Of a DNA stretch of 64,000 nucleotides, positions 49,982 through 58,881 are shown piece by piece. Source of the stretch: an uncultured Staphylococcaceae bacterium (GTDB lineage: Bacteria > Bacillota_I > Bacilli_A > RFN20 > CAG-826); contig CAZSEU010000001.1 of the NCBI GenBank assembly GCA_964606005.1, forward strand, positions 8,983 to 72,982, written 5' to 3'. Positions within the stretch are counted from its first letter, which is position 1. Each line of letters starts with the position of its first letter. The notes below the pieces were generated by a model. That model saw nothing but the letters and a program-made list of their open reading frames with translations. It did not search any database and was not told where the DNA came from. A program made the translations under genes and the position numbers.

Positions 49982-51925
49982 GTGTCAGATAATAGAAAAC
50001 CAACATATACAGCAGATGACATCCATGTCATGAAAGGCCTAGAAGGGGTAAGAAAAAGACCCGCCATGTACATCGGTTCCACGAATAGTCAGGGGCTTCA
50101 TCACTTGGTATGGGAGGTAGTTGATAACTCCGTTGACGAAGCTTTATCCGGATATGGAGAAAAGATTGTGGTCACCATGCATAAAGATGGTTCGGTTTCT
50201 GTTCTTGACGAAGGTCGTGGTATTCCAGTCGGTATAAATAAAGATACTGGTAAACCTGCTGTCGAAATTGTTTTTACTGAACTCCATTCCGGTGGCAAAT
50301 TTAATAGTGCTGTTTACAAAAGTGCTGCTGGTTTACACGGTGTCGGTGCCTCAGTTACTAATGCTTTAAGTGAATGGTTAGACATAAATGTCTACCTTGA
50401 TGGAAACATCTATCATTTACGCTTTGAAGAAGGCGGAAAGCTTGTTGTCCCATTAGAAATAATCGGACAAACAAAAAAGCATGGCACTTATGTAAGATTT
50501 AAACCTGACAAAAGTATATTTACTACTATTGAATTTAAATGGGATACAATTGCAAGCCACCTTCAAGAAAGTGCTTTTCTAATGAAGGGCGTGGAATTTG
50601 TTCTTTCTGATGAAAATACTGGCCAAACCGTTAACTATTTATATGAAAATGGTTTGGTTGAATATATTAATAGCGTCAATATCAATAAAACTCCGATGTG
50701 TGAAGTGCTTGATTTTTCAGATACTGATCCAGAAACAAATATCGATATTGAAGTCGCTTTCCAATATTGCAATCAAGACTATAATGACACAATGTATTCT
50801 TACGTGAATAACGTAAGAACAAGAGATGGTGGCACCCATGAAACTGGCTTCCGTTTAGGAATTACCAAGGCAGTCAATGATTTTGCTGAAAATTACAAAC
50901 TTGGCAAAAACAAGAAACTTGAAGGCAGTGATATTAGAGAAGGTTTAACCACGGTTATTGCCTTAAAAATTCCAGAAAATTTCTTAGAATTTGAAGGTCA
51001 AACTAAAGGTAAGCTAGGCACTCCTCAAGCGACCGCGGCTGTTTCTAATTTTATATATAATAAGTTAACTTATTATCTAACTGAGAATAAGGAATTTGCC
51101 GTCACTTTAATTAATAAATGCTTCGCTTCTCAGGCCGCACGTATTGCCGCAAGAAAAGCCAAAGAAGAAGCAAGAACAAATAAAAAATCTAAACAAGACC
51201 TCATTTTGAGTGATAAATTAACACCCGCACAAAGCAAGGATTATAAAAGCAACGAACTTTTTATCGTTGAAGGCGATTCTGCAGGCGGTACTGCTAAAAA
51301 GGGCAGAGATCGTTTGCATCAAGCGATATTACCACTACGTGGTAAACCATTAAACACCGACTCAATTTCGATAGAAAAATTAGTTCATAACGAGGAAATT
51401 GCAACTATCATTAATACCATTGGTACTGGATTTGGTCAAAGCTTTGATTTAGAAGATTTAAAATATGGAAAAATCATCATCATGACCGACGCGGATACAG
51501 ATGGTGCGCACATTCAAACCTTATTATTAACTTTCTTTTATCACTATATGCGCCAATTGATCGTTAATGGCAACATTTATCTTGCTGTTCCACCTTTATA
51601 TCGTGTTTATAAAGATGACGGAAAACGCATCATCCATGAATATGCATGGGATGATGAAGGTTTAGAAGTTGCCAAGAAAAAAATTGGCTCAGGCTATAAA
51701 ATTAGTCGTTACAAAGGTCTTGGCGAAATGGATGCTATTCAACTTAAAGAAACAACTATGGATCCAAAAACTAGAATGCTTATTAAAGTTGATATTGAAG
51801 ATCCTTTCCTCGTGGAAAAACGCGTCAATATCTTAATGGGCAAAGATACTAGTGTTAGAAGAGCTTGGGTCGAAGAAAATGTCGACTTCAGCAAAATAGA
51901 TACATTCATCAAGGAGGTAAAATAG
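49982..51925 (+). CDS. parE: Type IIA topoisomerase B subunit, most likely topoisomerase IV ParE
   Basis: GHKL ATPase 'GLHHLVWEVVDNSVDEA'; TOPRIM 'EGDSAGG'; 'PLRGK' motif. Start is a GTG at 49982 after GGGAGG. The plsY-parE-parC context matches Bacillus yneS-parE-parC. Confidence 0.8.
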   Translation: MSDNRKPTYTADDIHVMKGLEGVRKRPAMYIGSTNSQGLHHLVWEVVDNSVDEALSGYGEKIVVTMHKDGSVSVLDEGRGIPVGINKDTGKPAVEIVFTELHSGGKFNSAVYKSAAGLHGVGASVTNALSEWLDINVYLDGNIYHLRFEEGGKLVVPLEIIGQTKKHGTYVRFKPDKSIFTTIEFKWDTIASHLQESAFLMKGVEFVLSDENTGQTVNYLYENGLVEYINSVNINKTPMCEVLDFSDTDPETNIDIEVAFQYCNQDYNDTMYSYVNNVRTRDGGTHETGFRLGITKAVNDFAENYKLGKNKKLEGSDIREGLTTVIALKIPENFLEFEGQTKGKLGTPQATAAVSNFIYNKLTYYLTENKEFAVTLINKCFASQAARIAARKAKEEARTNKKSKQDLILSDKLTPAQSKDYKSNELFIVEGDSAGGTAKKGRDRLHQAILPLRGKPLNTDSISIEKLVHNEEIATIINTIGTGFGQSFDLEDLKYGKIIIMTDADTDGAHIQTLLLTFFYHYMRQLIVNGNIYLAVPPLYRVYKDDGKRIIHEYAWDDEGLEVAKKKIGSGYKISRYKGLGEMDAIQLKETTMDPKTRMLIKVDIEDPFLVEKRVNILMGKDTSVRRAWVEENVDFSKIDTFIKEVK

Positions 51926-51928
51926 TTT

Positions 51929-54568
51929 ATGGCTAGTAAGAAAAAACCTGAAATAGTCGAAGAAAATTTTACCGAGAATATCGTTGTCCAGCCGATGGAA
52001 GATGTCATGGGTGATCGTTATGCCACCTATGCCAAATACGTTATTCAAGATCGGGCAATTCCTGATGTTAGAGACGGCTTAAAACCTGTTCAAAGAAGAA
52101 TTATTTTTACGATGTATCGTAATAATAACGTGTTTAAAAAACCAACGAGAAAATGCGCTCACACAGTCGGTGCTGTTATGGGTACTTTCCACCCACATGG
52201 TGATAGTTCAATTTACGAAGCTTTAGCAAGAATGAGCCAAGACTGGAAGGTACGCTACCCATTAATTGATTTTCAAGGTAATAATGGCAGTATCGATGGC
52301 GATGCTCCTGCGGCATATCGTTACACTGAATCACGTTTAAGTGAATTATCTAACGAACTAGTAAGTGACATCGATAAACAAACCGTCGATATGCAACTTA
52401 ACTTCGATGATACGGAATTTGAACCAACTGTTTTACCAGCTCGTTTTCCAAATCTTTTTGCTAATGGTACTGAAGGTATTGCGGTTGCGATGGCGACCGA
52501 AATTCCTCCCCATAATCTCAAAGAGATTATTAATGCAATTATTTATCGAATTGGTCATAAAACAGCGACCATTGAAGATTTAATGCAATTTGTCTTGGGT
52601 CCCGATTTTCCTGGTGGTGGCATCATTTACCAAAGTGAAGGCTTAAAAAATATTTATCGTTCTGGTCGCGGCAGAATTGAGATTGCTAGTCGTACCGCCA
52701 TCATTGAGAACGATGATGCGCAGCAAATTATCATTACTGAAATTCCATATAAAACGCAAAAGATTCAATTGGTCTTTGATATTGATAAAATTATTCATGC
52801 CAAATCAGTTGATGGTTTATTGGAAGTAAGAGACGAATCCGACTGGAAAGGTATTCGCATTGTTATTGATTGTAAAAAAGATGCTGATTGCGAACTTTTA
52901 CTTAGATATTTGAAAAATAAGACTGGCTTGGTCACTTCTTATAGTGCGAATATGGTCGCAATTGTTAATGGTCGTCCAAAAACATTGGACTTACTTACTT
53001 ATATTGATGCATACATTGCTCATCAAGTGGAAGTCATTACTAGAAAAAGCAGATTTGATCTAGATAAATATAAAGCTAGATTACATATAGTTGAAGGTTT
53101 GATCCAAGCTTCTTTGAACATTAAAGAAGTCGTGGAAATTATTAGAAAGAGCAAAGATAAGGCCGATAGCAAAGTCAATTTAATGAATTTTTATGGCTTT
53201 TCTAATGAACAGGCCGAAGCCATCGTCACTATGCCTTTATATAAATTGAGTCATACCGATGAAGTCACTTTAGAAAAAGAAAAAGCACAATTAATCAAAG
53301 ACATCGCTATATTAGAAGGCATATTAAGTGATGAAAACAAATTAAACCGCGTCATAATTAGAGATTTGAAGGCAATTGCTGAGAAATATGGCGATGATCG
53401 TCGCACCTCAATTGAAGAAAAAGAAGAAATCGCCCCGATTGATAAACGTAAGCTGATAGCAAAAACCGATGTCATGGTCTCTCTAACTAGAGATGGGTAT
53501 TTAAAACGTTCTTCTATCAAATCTTATCGTAGTAGTGGAGATAACGTTCTACCAGGCTTAAAAGTCGGCGACGTCTTGGTCGCTGGTGGTTTGGTGTCTA
53601 CAACAGACTATTTGATTTGTTTTACAAATCAAGGAAACTATATTTGCGTCCCAGTCCATAAAATTACCGAAAATAAATGGAAAGATGAAGGCGTCCATTT
53701 AAACGCTTTCTCAACCCTTTCTCCTGGTGAAAAAATTATTAAAGGCTTGGCGATTACTGACTTTAGAAACGATCTCTTTTTAGGTGTCTTGACTAAAAAG
53801 GGCCAAATTAAGCGCATGCCTTTAGATGGTCTTGAAACTAGCAAACGCTCTCGTCCAATTCGTAACATGCGTTTAACCGATGGCGATGAAGTTGTAAGTG
53901 TGCAAGTGCTTTCTGGTAATAGCAATTTACTTGTTTTAACAAGTAATGGTATGGCCAGTTTGTTCAATGAGAATGATTTAAATATTGTCACCAGCAAGGC
54001 TGGTGGTGTGAAATCCATTTTCGGTTTAGGCGACAATGATGCTGTGGCATTATTACCATACGAAACCAACGAAAAAGGGAAGTTTATCATGTTTACGAAC
54101 AAGGGACATTACCGCCTTGTTGATAGTAATAAGCTCAATCTCACAAATCGTTTGGGAAAACCACAAGTTTTAATGCCATGCTTTAAGAGCGATATTCATA
54201 AAGTAATATGTGCATTCAAAATCGACACCAAAGCTAATGCTTTGAAGACCAATCTCTTCCTTGAAAGTAACGAATATTTTGCGTTTGATCTAAACGATTT
54301 TAGTGCAACTGATTTAGCCAAATACGCCAAGAAAAATATAACAATTCCCGCCAAGACTTTGGTTAGTGATGTCCTCGATGTTAATATTGAAGTAGTGAAT
54401 GAAAAGACTGTTTCGCATCCAACAAAAACGTCTCGCCCGGCTTCTCAAGCTCTTGAAAACGATGATGACAAAGATGCGACTGCATCTATAACCTCTAATA
54501 GCGAAGAAGAGAACAACGAAGACAAAGATGGTTTCGTTCAAATCTCAATTTTTGATGATTTAGAATAA
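51929..54568 (+). CDS. parC: Type IIA topoisomerase A subunit, most likely topoisomerase IV ParC
   Basis: Active-site region 'ARYTE'; 'GNNGSIDGD'; follows parE directly. Confidence 0.8.
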   Translation: MASKKKPEIVEENFTENIVVQPMEDVMGDRYATYAKYVIQDRAIPDVRDGLKPVQRRIIFTMYRNNNVFKKPTRKCAHTVGAVMGTFHPHGDSSIYEALARMSQDWKVRYPLIDFQGNNGSIDGDAPAAYRYTESRLSELSNELVSDIDKQTVDMQLNFDDTEFEPTVLPARFPNLFANGTEGIAVAMATEIPPHNLKEIINAIIYRIGHKTATIEDLMQFVLGPDFPGGGIIYQSEGLKNIYRSGRGRIEIASRTAIIENDDAQQIIITEIPYKTQKIQLVFDIDKIIHAKSVDGLLEVRDESDWKGIRIVIDCKKDADCELLLRYLKNKTGLVTSYSANMVAIVNGRPKTLDLLTYIDAYIAHQVEVITRKSRFDLDKYKARLHIVEGLIQASLNIKEVVEIIRKSKDKADSKVNLMNFYGFSNEQAEAIVTMPLYKLSHTDEVTLEKEKAQLIKDIAILEGILSDENKLNRVIIRDLKAIAEKYGDDRRTSIEEKEEIAPIDKRKLIAKTDVMVSLTRDGYLKRSSIKSYRSSGDNVLPGLKVGDVLVAGGLVSTTDYLICFTNQGNYICVPVHKITENKWKDEGVHLNAFSTLSPGEKIIKGLAITDFRNDLFLGVLTKKGQIKRMPLDGLETSKRSRPIRNMRLTDGDEVVSVQVLSGNSNLLVLTSNGMASLFNENDLNIVTSKAGGVKSIFGLGDNDAVALLPYETNEKGKFIMFTNKGHYRLVDSNKLNLTNRLGKPQVLMPCFKSDIHKVICAFKIDTKANALKTNLFLESNEYFAFDLNDFSATDLAKYAKKNITIPAKTLVSDVLDVNIEVVNEKTVSHPTKTSRPASQALENDDDKDATASITSNSEEENNEDKDGFVQISIFDDLE

Positions 54569-54781
54569 GAGATTTCACTGAATTAGTAAGTAAAAAATTA
54601 GTATTAATTAAGTAAATCATAAAACATAGTTTTATAATAAATAATATCATTATTACAATTTCTATAATTTGCCTTGGCTAATCGAATAACACACAAAGCC
54701 TTTTGTTGTTAACAATCAGTAAAATTTAAAATATTGCTCCCATTTGTTATCATCAATCGGTTATTATTTATATAGATAAAT

Positions 54782-55315
54782 ATGTTCAAAAAATTTATTC
54801 CTTATGCTCATGCATCATCAATCTACGAGATACCTGTGGATTTCTATCAGCAAAACAATGTACGTTTCTTGTTGATTGACTTAGATAATACTTTGGACAG
54901 TTATCGTTCACAAGTGCCGACCGAACGTGCGCAACAACTTGTTTTGGATTTGAAAAAAGTTAATGTTGAACCAATTGTCATTTCCAACAATTGTTGTAAG
55001 CGGGTATCAAAATACGCTGAACTTTTAAAAGTAGAGTGTTTGTATTCCGCAAAAAAACCATTTTCTTATAAAATAAAAAGGTACTTAAAGAAAAGGGAAA
55101 TTAAAAATACTGAGACGATGCTCGTTGGCGACCAAATAATTACGGATGTTTTGGCTGGTAGAGGCGTGCGCATTCGTGTTGTCTTAACTGAAAAAATTGT
55201 TAAAGAAGACCAATGGACAACACGGTTTAATCGCCTGTTTGATCGTCCCATCCGTCGTTACTTAAGTAAAAGAGGTTTGTTACCAGACTGGAGGAACAAA
55301 TATGGGAAGAAGTAA
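54782..55315 (+). CDS. yqeG: HAD-superfamily phosphatase YqeG
   Basis: 'LLIDLDNTL' HAD motif I; first gene of the yqeG-yqeH cluster. Confidence 0.8.
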   Translation: MFKKFIPYAHASSIYEIPVDFYQQNNVRFLLIDLDNTLDSYRSQVPTERAQQLVLDLKKVNVEPIVISNNCCKRVSKYAELLKVECLYSAKKPFSYKIKRYLKKREIKNTETMLVGDQIITDVLAGRGVRIRVVLTEKIVKEDQWTTRFNRLFDRPIRRYLSKRGLLPDWRNKYGKK

Positions 55316-56441
55316 AAGAGTATTGCGCTGTTTCCACTGCGGAGCGATTTTGCAATATGAAAAAACTGAAGAAAAAGGCTATATTTTTCCAGAAACATTC
55401 CACCGCGCAACCCCAATTCAAATTATTTACTGCGACAGGTGCTTTCAAACAATGAAAGCTTTCAACTTCAGCGAACTAGAACAAAGAATTGATGACGACA
55501 TTTTAAAAATCTTAGACGATGCTTGCGCTACAGACGCATACATTATTTGGGTTATCGATTTATTCTCGTTTAATGGAACGTTAAATAAGAAGATTGCTGA
55601 GAAAGTGAAAAAACTTAGTGTTTCTGTTATCGGTACAAAAAAAGATTTATTACCTCAAGAAGCGAAAGAAGAAAATCTCATCACCTATTTAAGAGAACGT
55701 TTTTCGGAATATGGTATTGAGCCAACTTCAATTAGAGTTTATAGCAACACAGATAAAATCGATCCAAAAGAATTAATAGAAGATATGAACGCTGCTCGAA
55801 AAGCGCATGACGTTTATATGATTGGCAACAATTCTTCAGGCAAGACCTCATTAATTAATCGTTTCTTAAAAGGTTATGAAAACAAAACCACACGCCAAAT
55901 CAAAACAATTAATTATCCTGACACCCATGTCGATGTGCTTGAGATTCCGTTATCTTTATCTTCCTTCCTATACGAACTACCTGGTATTTCTCAAAGCACC
56001 TCAGTCGTTGGTAAAATAGAAAAAGAAGTTGCCAAGATAATCGTGCCAAAGAAAACAATTAAAGTTACTCCTCGCATGATGGGTGCGGGCGATGCCTTAA
56101 TGGTCGGTTCTTTAGCCGCTTATGAAATACTCAAAGGCAAACCAACTACTTATCGTTTCTATGCTGCTGAAAAAGTAGAAACAAAAAAAGTTTCTTTAAA
56201 GAAACTCGATGATGCTATCTCTGAAAACAATATGCGCCGCAATGTCCGTCCTGTTTCTGATATCTTAGTCAGTTTTCTAGATTACGATATGTTTGAATAT
56301 ACGATGGAAAGCGATAATCAATGGCACGACATCGCCATTGAAGGCTTAGGCTGGTTATCATTCAAAGCACAAGGTCAAGTCGTCCGTGTCCGTTTACCTA
56401 AAGGAGTCGCTTTGAAAGAGAGCTTAGCGAAAATTAAATAA
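55302..56441 (+). CDS. yqeH: Ribosome-biogenesis GTPase YqeH
   Basis: N-terminal zinc ribbon 'CFHCG...CDRC'; circularly permuted GTPase 'GTKKDLL...GNNSSGKTSLIN'. Confidence 0.85.
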   Translation: MGRSKRVLRCFHCGAILQYEKTEEKGYIFPETFHRATPIQIIYCDRCFQTMKAFNFSELEQRIDDDILKILDDACATDAYIIWVIDLFSFNGTLNKKIAEKVKKLSVSVIGTKKDLLPQEAKEENLITYLRERFSEYGIEPTSIRVYSNTDKIDPKELIEDMNAARKAHDVYMIGNNSSGKTSLINRFLKGYENKTTRQIKTINYPDTHVDVLEIPLSLSSFLYELPGISQSTSVVGKIEKEVAKIIVPKKTIKVTPRMMGAGDALMVGSLAAYEILKGKPTTYRFYAAEKVETKKVSLKKLDDAISENNMRRNVRPVSDILVSFLDYDMFEYTMESDNQWHDIAIEGLGWLSFKAQGQVVRVRLPKGVALKESLAKIK

Positions 56442-56442
56442 C

Positions 56443-56730
56443 ATGTTAACACCAAATCAAAAACGTACGCTTAAATCATTAGCGTCCACATTAAAAATTC
56501 GTTACCAAATTGGGAAAAACGAAATATCGGAATCGTTGATTGCGATGTTGGATAAAGCCTTAACAGCCCACGAACTCATCAAACTCGATGTGATGAAAGG
56601 TTGTACTTTACCAATTATGGAGGTGGCAATTGATATCGCAAATAGTCTTAACGCTGAATTAGTACAAGTGATGGGAAGAGTGATTGTCTTGTATCGCAAA
56701 AGCAAAGATAATCCTAAAATCAAAATCTAA
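56443..56730 (+). CDS. yhbY: RNA-binding protein YhbY (CRS1 domain)
   Basis: 95 aa; 'LTPNQKRTLKSLA...IGKNEISESLIAMLDKAL...ELIKL'. Confidence 0.85.
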   Translation: MLTPNQKRTLKSLASTLKIRYQIGKNEISESLIAMLDKALTAHELIKLDVMKGCTLPIMEVAIDIANSLNAELVQVMGRVIVLYRKSKDNPKIKI

Positions 56731-57806
56731 TGAACCGCATTATCTTTTGTGGTGGCTTTGATCCAATTCATATTGGCCACCTCAACATGGCAGTTCAAGC
56801 ACGTTTGACTTTGCAAGGCGAAGTTATTTTTGTGCCAGCAAAAATTGCTGTATGGAAAGCAAACTCTGTTTCGGCAGAACACAAACTTGCGATGGTTAAA
56901 CTCGCCATCAAGGGTCAAAAAGATTTTTCTATTGAGACATATGAAATTGATCAAGAATTTCAACCTAGGTCATATCAAACGGTTGCTTACTTAAAAAAGA
57001 AATACCCAAATGATAAGTTATATTTTCTTATTGGCCAAGACCAGGCGAACTCATTTCACCTTTGGGCAAAGCCAGAGCTCATCGCCAAAGACACACAAAT
57101 TGTTTATTACAAAAGACCCAAATATATTATCAACAAAGAAAACGTCGAACGTTTTAATATGATTGCGCTTGAAGGTCCGGCAGTAGATGCTTCTTCTTCA
57201 GAAGTAAGAGAACTACATTCCATATGCGTGAAAGAAGAAGTGCTGCGTTATATTGAAGACAACAGTCTTTATTTCATCGAGAAAATTAAAGGATACATTA
57301 AAGCGAGTAGATACCGGCATTCTTTGTCGGTAGCGCGCTTTGCTTATCGTTTAGCCAAACTCCATAATCTTGACGTCCAGAAGGCTTATATTGCAGCAAT
57401 TCTCCATGACATTGGAAAAGGTATTAACGATGAAGATAGCCTTATTTTAATGAAACAATTTTATCCACAATATTTGGGCATTGGTTCTTACTCATATCAT
57501 CAATTCTTAGGTGAATTAATTGTTAGAAGAGACTTTTTGATATTAGATGAGGAAATACTAAGTGCGATTAAATATCACACAACAGGAAAGCCAAAAATGA
57601 ACTGGTTAGAAAAGCTAGTCTATGTGGCTGATAAAGTTGATCCAACACGCGGCTATGATTCTTTAGAATTAATCAAAGCGGTGGAAGAAGACCTGGATAA
57701 AGGGTTCGTTAAAGTCTTAAAAGCTAACCGAGAGTTTCTCAATAAAAAGAAAGAAAAAATCGATAATCCACTCACAGAAGATTGCTTCAAATATTATCTA
57801 AAATAA
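56730..57806 (+). CDS. nadD: Fusion: nicotinate-nucleotide adenylyltransferase NadD plus YqeK HD-domain hydrolase (Ap4A hydrolase family)
   Basis: N-terminal 'CGGFDPIHIGH'; C-terminal 'RYRHSLSVA...AILHDIGK' HD domain in the same ORF. Confidence 0.85.
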   Translation: MNRIIFCGGFDPIHIGHLNMAVQARLTLQGEVIFVPAKIAVWKANSVSAEHKLAMVKLAIKGQKDFSIETYEIDQEFQPRSYQTVAYLKKKYPNDKLYFLIGQDQANSFHLWAKPELIAKDTQIVYYKRPKYIINKENVERFNMIALEGPAVDASSSEVRELHSICVKEEVLRYIEDNSLYFIEKIKGYIKASRYRHSLSVARFAYRLAKLHNLDVQKAYIAAILHDIGKGINDEDSLILMKQFYPQYLGIGSYSYHQFLGELIVRRDFLILDEEILSAIKYHTTGKPKMNWLEKLVYVADKVDPTRGYDSLELIKAVEEDLDKGFVKVLKANREFLNKKKEKIDNPLTEDCFKYYLK

Positions 57807-58004
57807 GGTGCAAAACGTACCTTATTTTTGTTATCATGATAGCATAATAAGAAGAAACAAAGTCTTATACCACAAATAAAATAGATTAATAGTTTTTTAT
57901 AAGTATCAAAATCGTGATAGATAAACAAATAGTGGCGATGGTGGATGATTGTGGTCAAAACTGAGATTTCCACATTTTCCACATCAAATTTATAGTAATA
58001 TTTA

Positions 58005-58032
58005 ACTTCGCATAATTGTCATTATGTTAACT
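58005..58032 (+). other. dif: dif site (XerC/XerD chromosome-dimer resolution site)
   Basis: ACTTCGCATAA-TTGTCA-TTATGTTAACT. Against E. coli dif (GGTGCGCATAA-TGTATA-TTATGTTAAAT) the right arm matches 10/11 and 'CGCATAA' matches in the left arm. Against B. subtilis dif (ACTTCCTAGAA-TATATA-TTATGTAAACT) 'ACTTC' matches and the right arm matches 10/11. It lies at the plus/minus gene-orientation switch and about 2 kb from xerD. Confidence 0.7.
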
Positions 58033-58066
58033 AAATACTAATAAATAGAGTTATTACGTAGTAAAA

Positions 58067-58118
58067 AATGCCTAACTTATATTTGAATGTGCTTTACATT
58101 TCATATCAGCTAGGCATT
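58067..58118 (-). terminator. Inverted repeat plus T-run just downstream of the MazF-like gene (minus strand); the loop is unusually long
   Basis: 'aatgcctaac'...34 nt...'gctaggcatt' (9/10 complementary), with an A-run (T-run on the minus strand) at 58062..58068. Confidence 0.35.
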
Positions 58119-58161
58119 AATTTCCCACATCCCTTGGGTTTTAATAAATACTAGTTTTCTA

Positions 58162-58797
58162 CTAATTATTATTATCATGTTTCAAGTAATTGTATTTAAT
58201 TAAATGAACCAGAGCGTTAATTAGTTTGTTCAATTGGTTTTCTGTTAACCTATACGGAGTTTTGTACGTAACATATTCATGTCCGTTATTTAGCTCATTT
58301 CCAATGCTTGATACTTTTACTTTTCTGATTAACTCATCACCAAATATACGGTATTTATCAATTGAACGTCTTTGGTTAAGTACAGCAATTGCTTCCTTAA
58401 AGTTTAAGCCTTCAATAATGCCTAACTCTAAATCGCTTGCAGGATTAGGTTTTTTGCTTTTTTTAGACTTGAGAGGGACGATGCTTATTAAGCCATCTTT
58501 TTCTCTTGAATTATTAACTGCTACTACGTAATGTGGACCCGACAGTTCCGAACCAAAAGAGCTTGGAAAAACCGCTCTGAAAACATCACCTCTTTTGATT
58601 TCAAAATTAACAGCATAATTACAATAGAACCAAAGTCGATTACGCATTTCGTCTCTATACGCTGCGCCAGCATCTCCTTTTAAATAAGTTCTTTTTAGCG
58701 GAACCTCTCTTTTTCTGACGGTAAGAATTCTTACTATTTTTTCTTTCTCGCCACCTTCGATCAAACTAATTTTGTTTTGATTTTCTTTTTCACTCAT
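58162..58797 (-). CDS. MazF/PemK-family (CcdB/MazF fold) toxin-like domain protein with about 65-aa N-terminal and about 80-aa C-terminal extensions; no adjacent antitoxin gene
   Basis: 'KRGDVFRAVFPSSFGSELSGPHYVVAVNN...GLISIVPLKSKKS' aligns with E. coli MazF 'GDLIWVDFDPTKGSEQAGHRPAVVLS...GMCLCVPCTTQSKG'. Start chosen at ATG 58797 after GGGGGTG; the ORF track begins at 58848. Confidence 0.65.
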   Translation of the reverse strand: MSEKENQNKISLIEGGEKEKIVRILTVRKREVPLKRTYLKGDAGAAYRDEMRNRLWFYCNYAVNFEIKRGDVFRAVFPSSFGSELSGPHYVVAVNNSREKDGLISIVPLKSKKSKKPNPASDLELGIIEGLNFKEAIAVLNQRRSIDKYRIFGDELIRKVKVSSIGNELNNGHEYVTYKTPYRLTENQLNKLINALVHLIKYNYLKHDNNN

Positions 58798-58837
58798 ATC
58801 TTTCACCCCCTTTCTGGCTGTTTTAAACAAAAATAAA

Positions 58838-58867
58838 AACAAGCACATGAAAAAGCGAATGCTTGTT
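58838..58867 (-). terminator. Rho-independent terminator after deoB (minus strand)
   Basis: 'aacaagca'-14 nt-'tgcttgtt', followed on the minus strand by 'ttttatttttgttt'. Confidence 0.6.
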
Positions 58868-58881
58868 AATATTTAGTTTAC

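Noticed and set aside
49934-54568. Calling the topoisomerase pair gyrB/gyrA
   Set aside because: The context (yneF-plsY upstream, no dnaA/dnaN/recF, location at the terminus side) matches the Bacillus parE-parC locus, so topoisomerase IV is preferred. Sequence alone cannot fully exclude gyrase.
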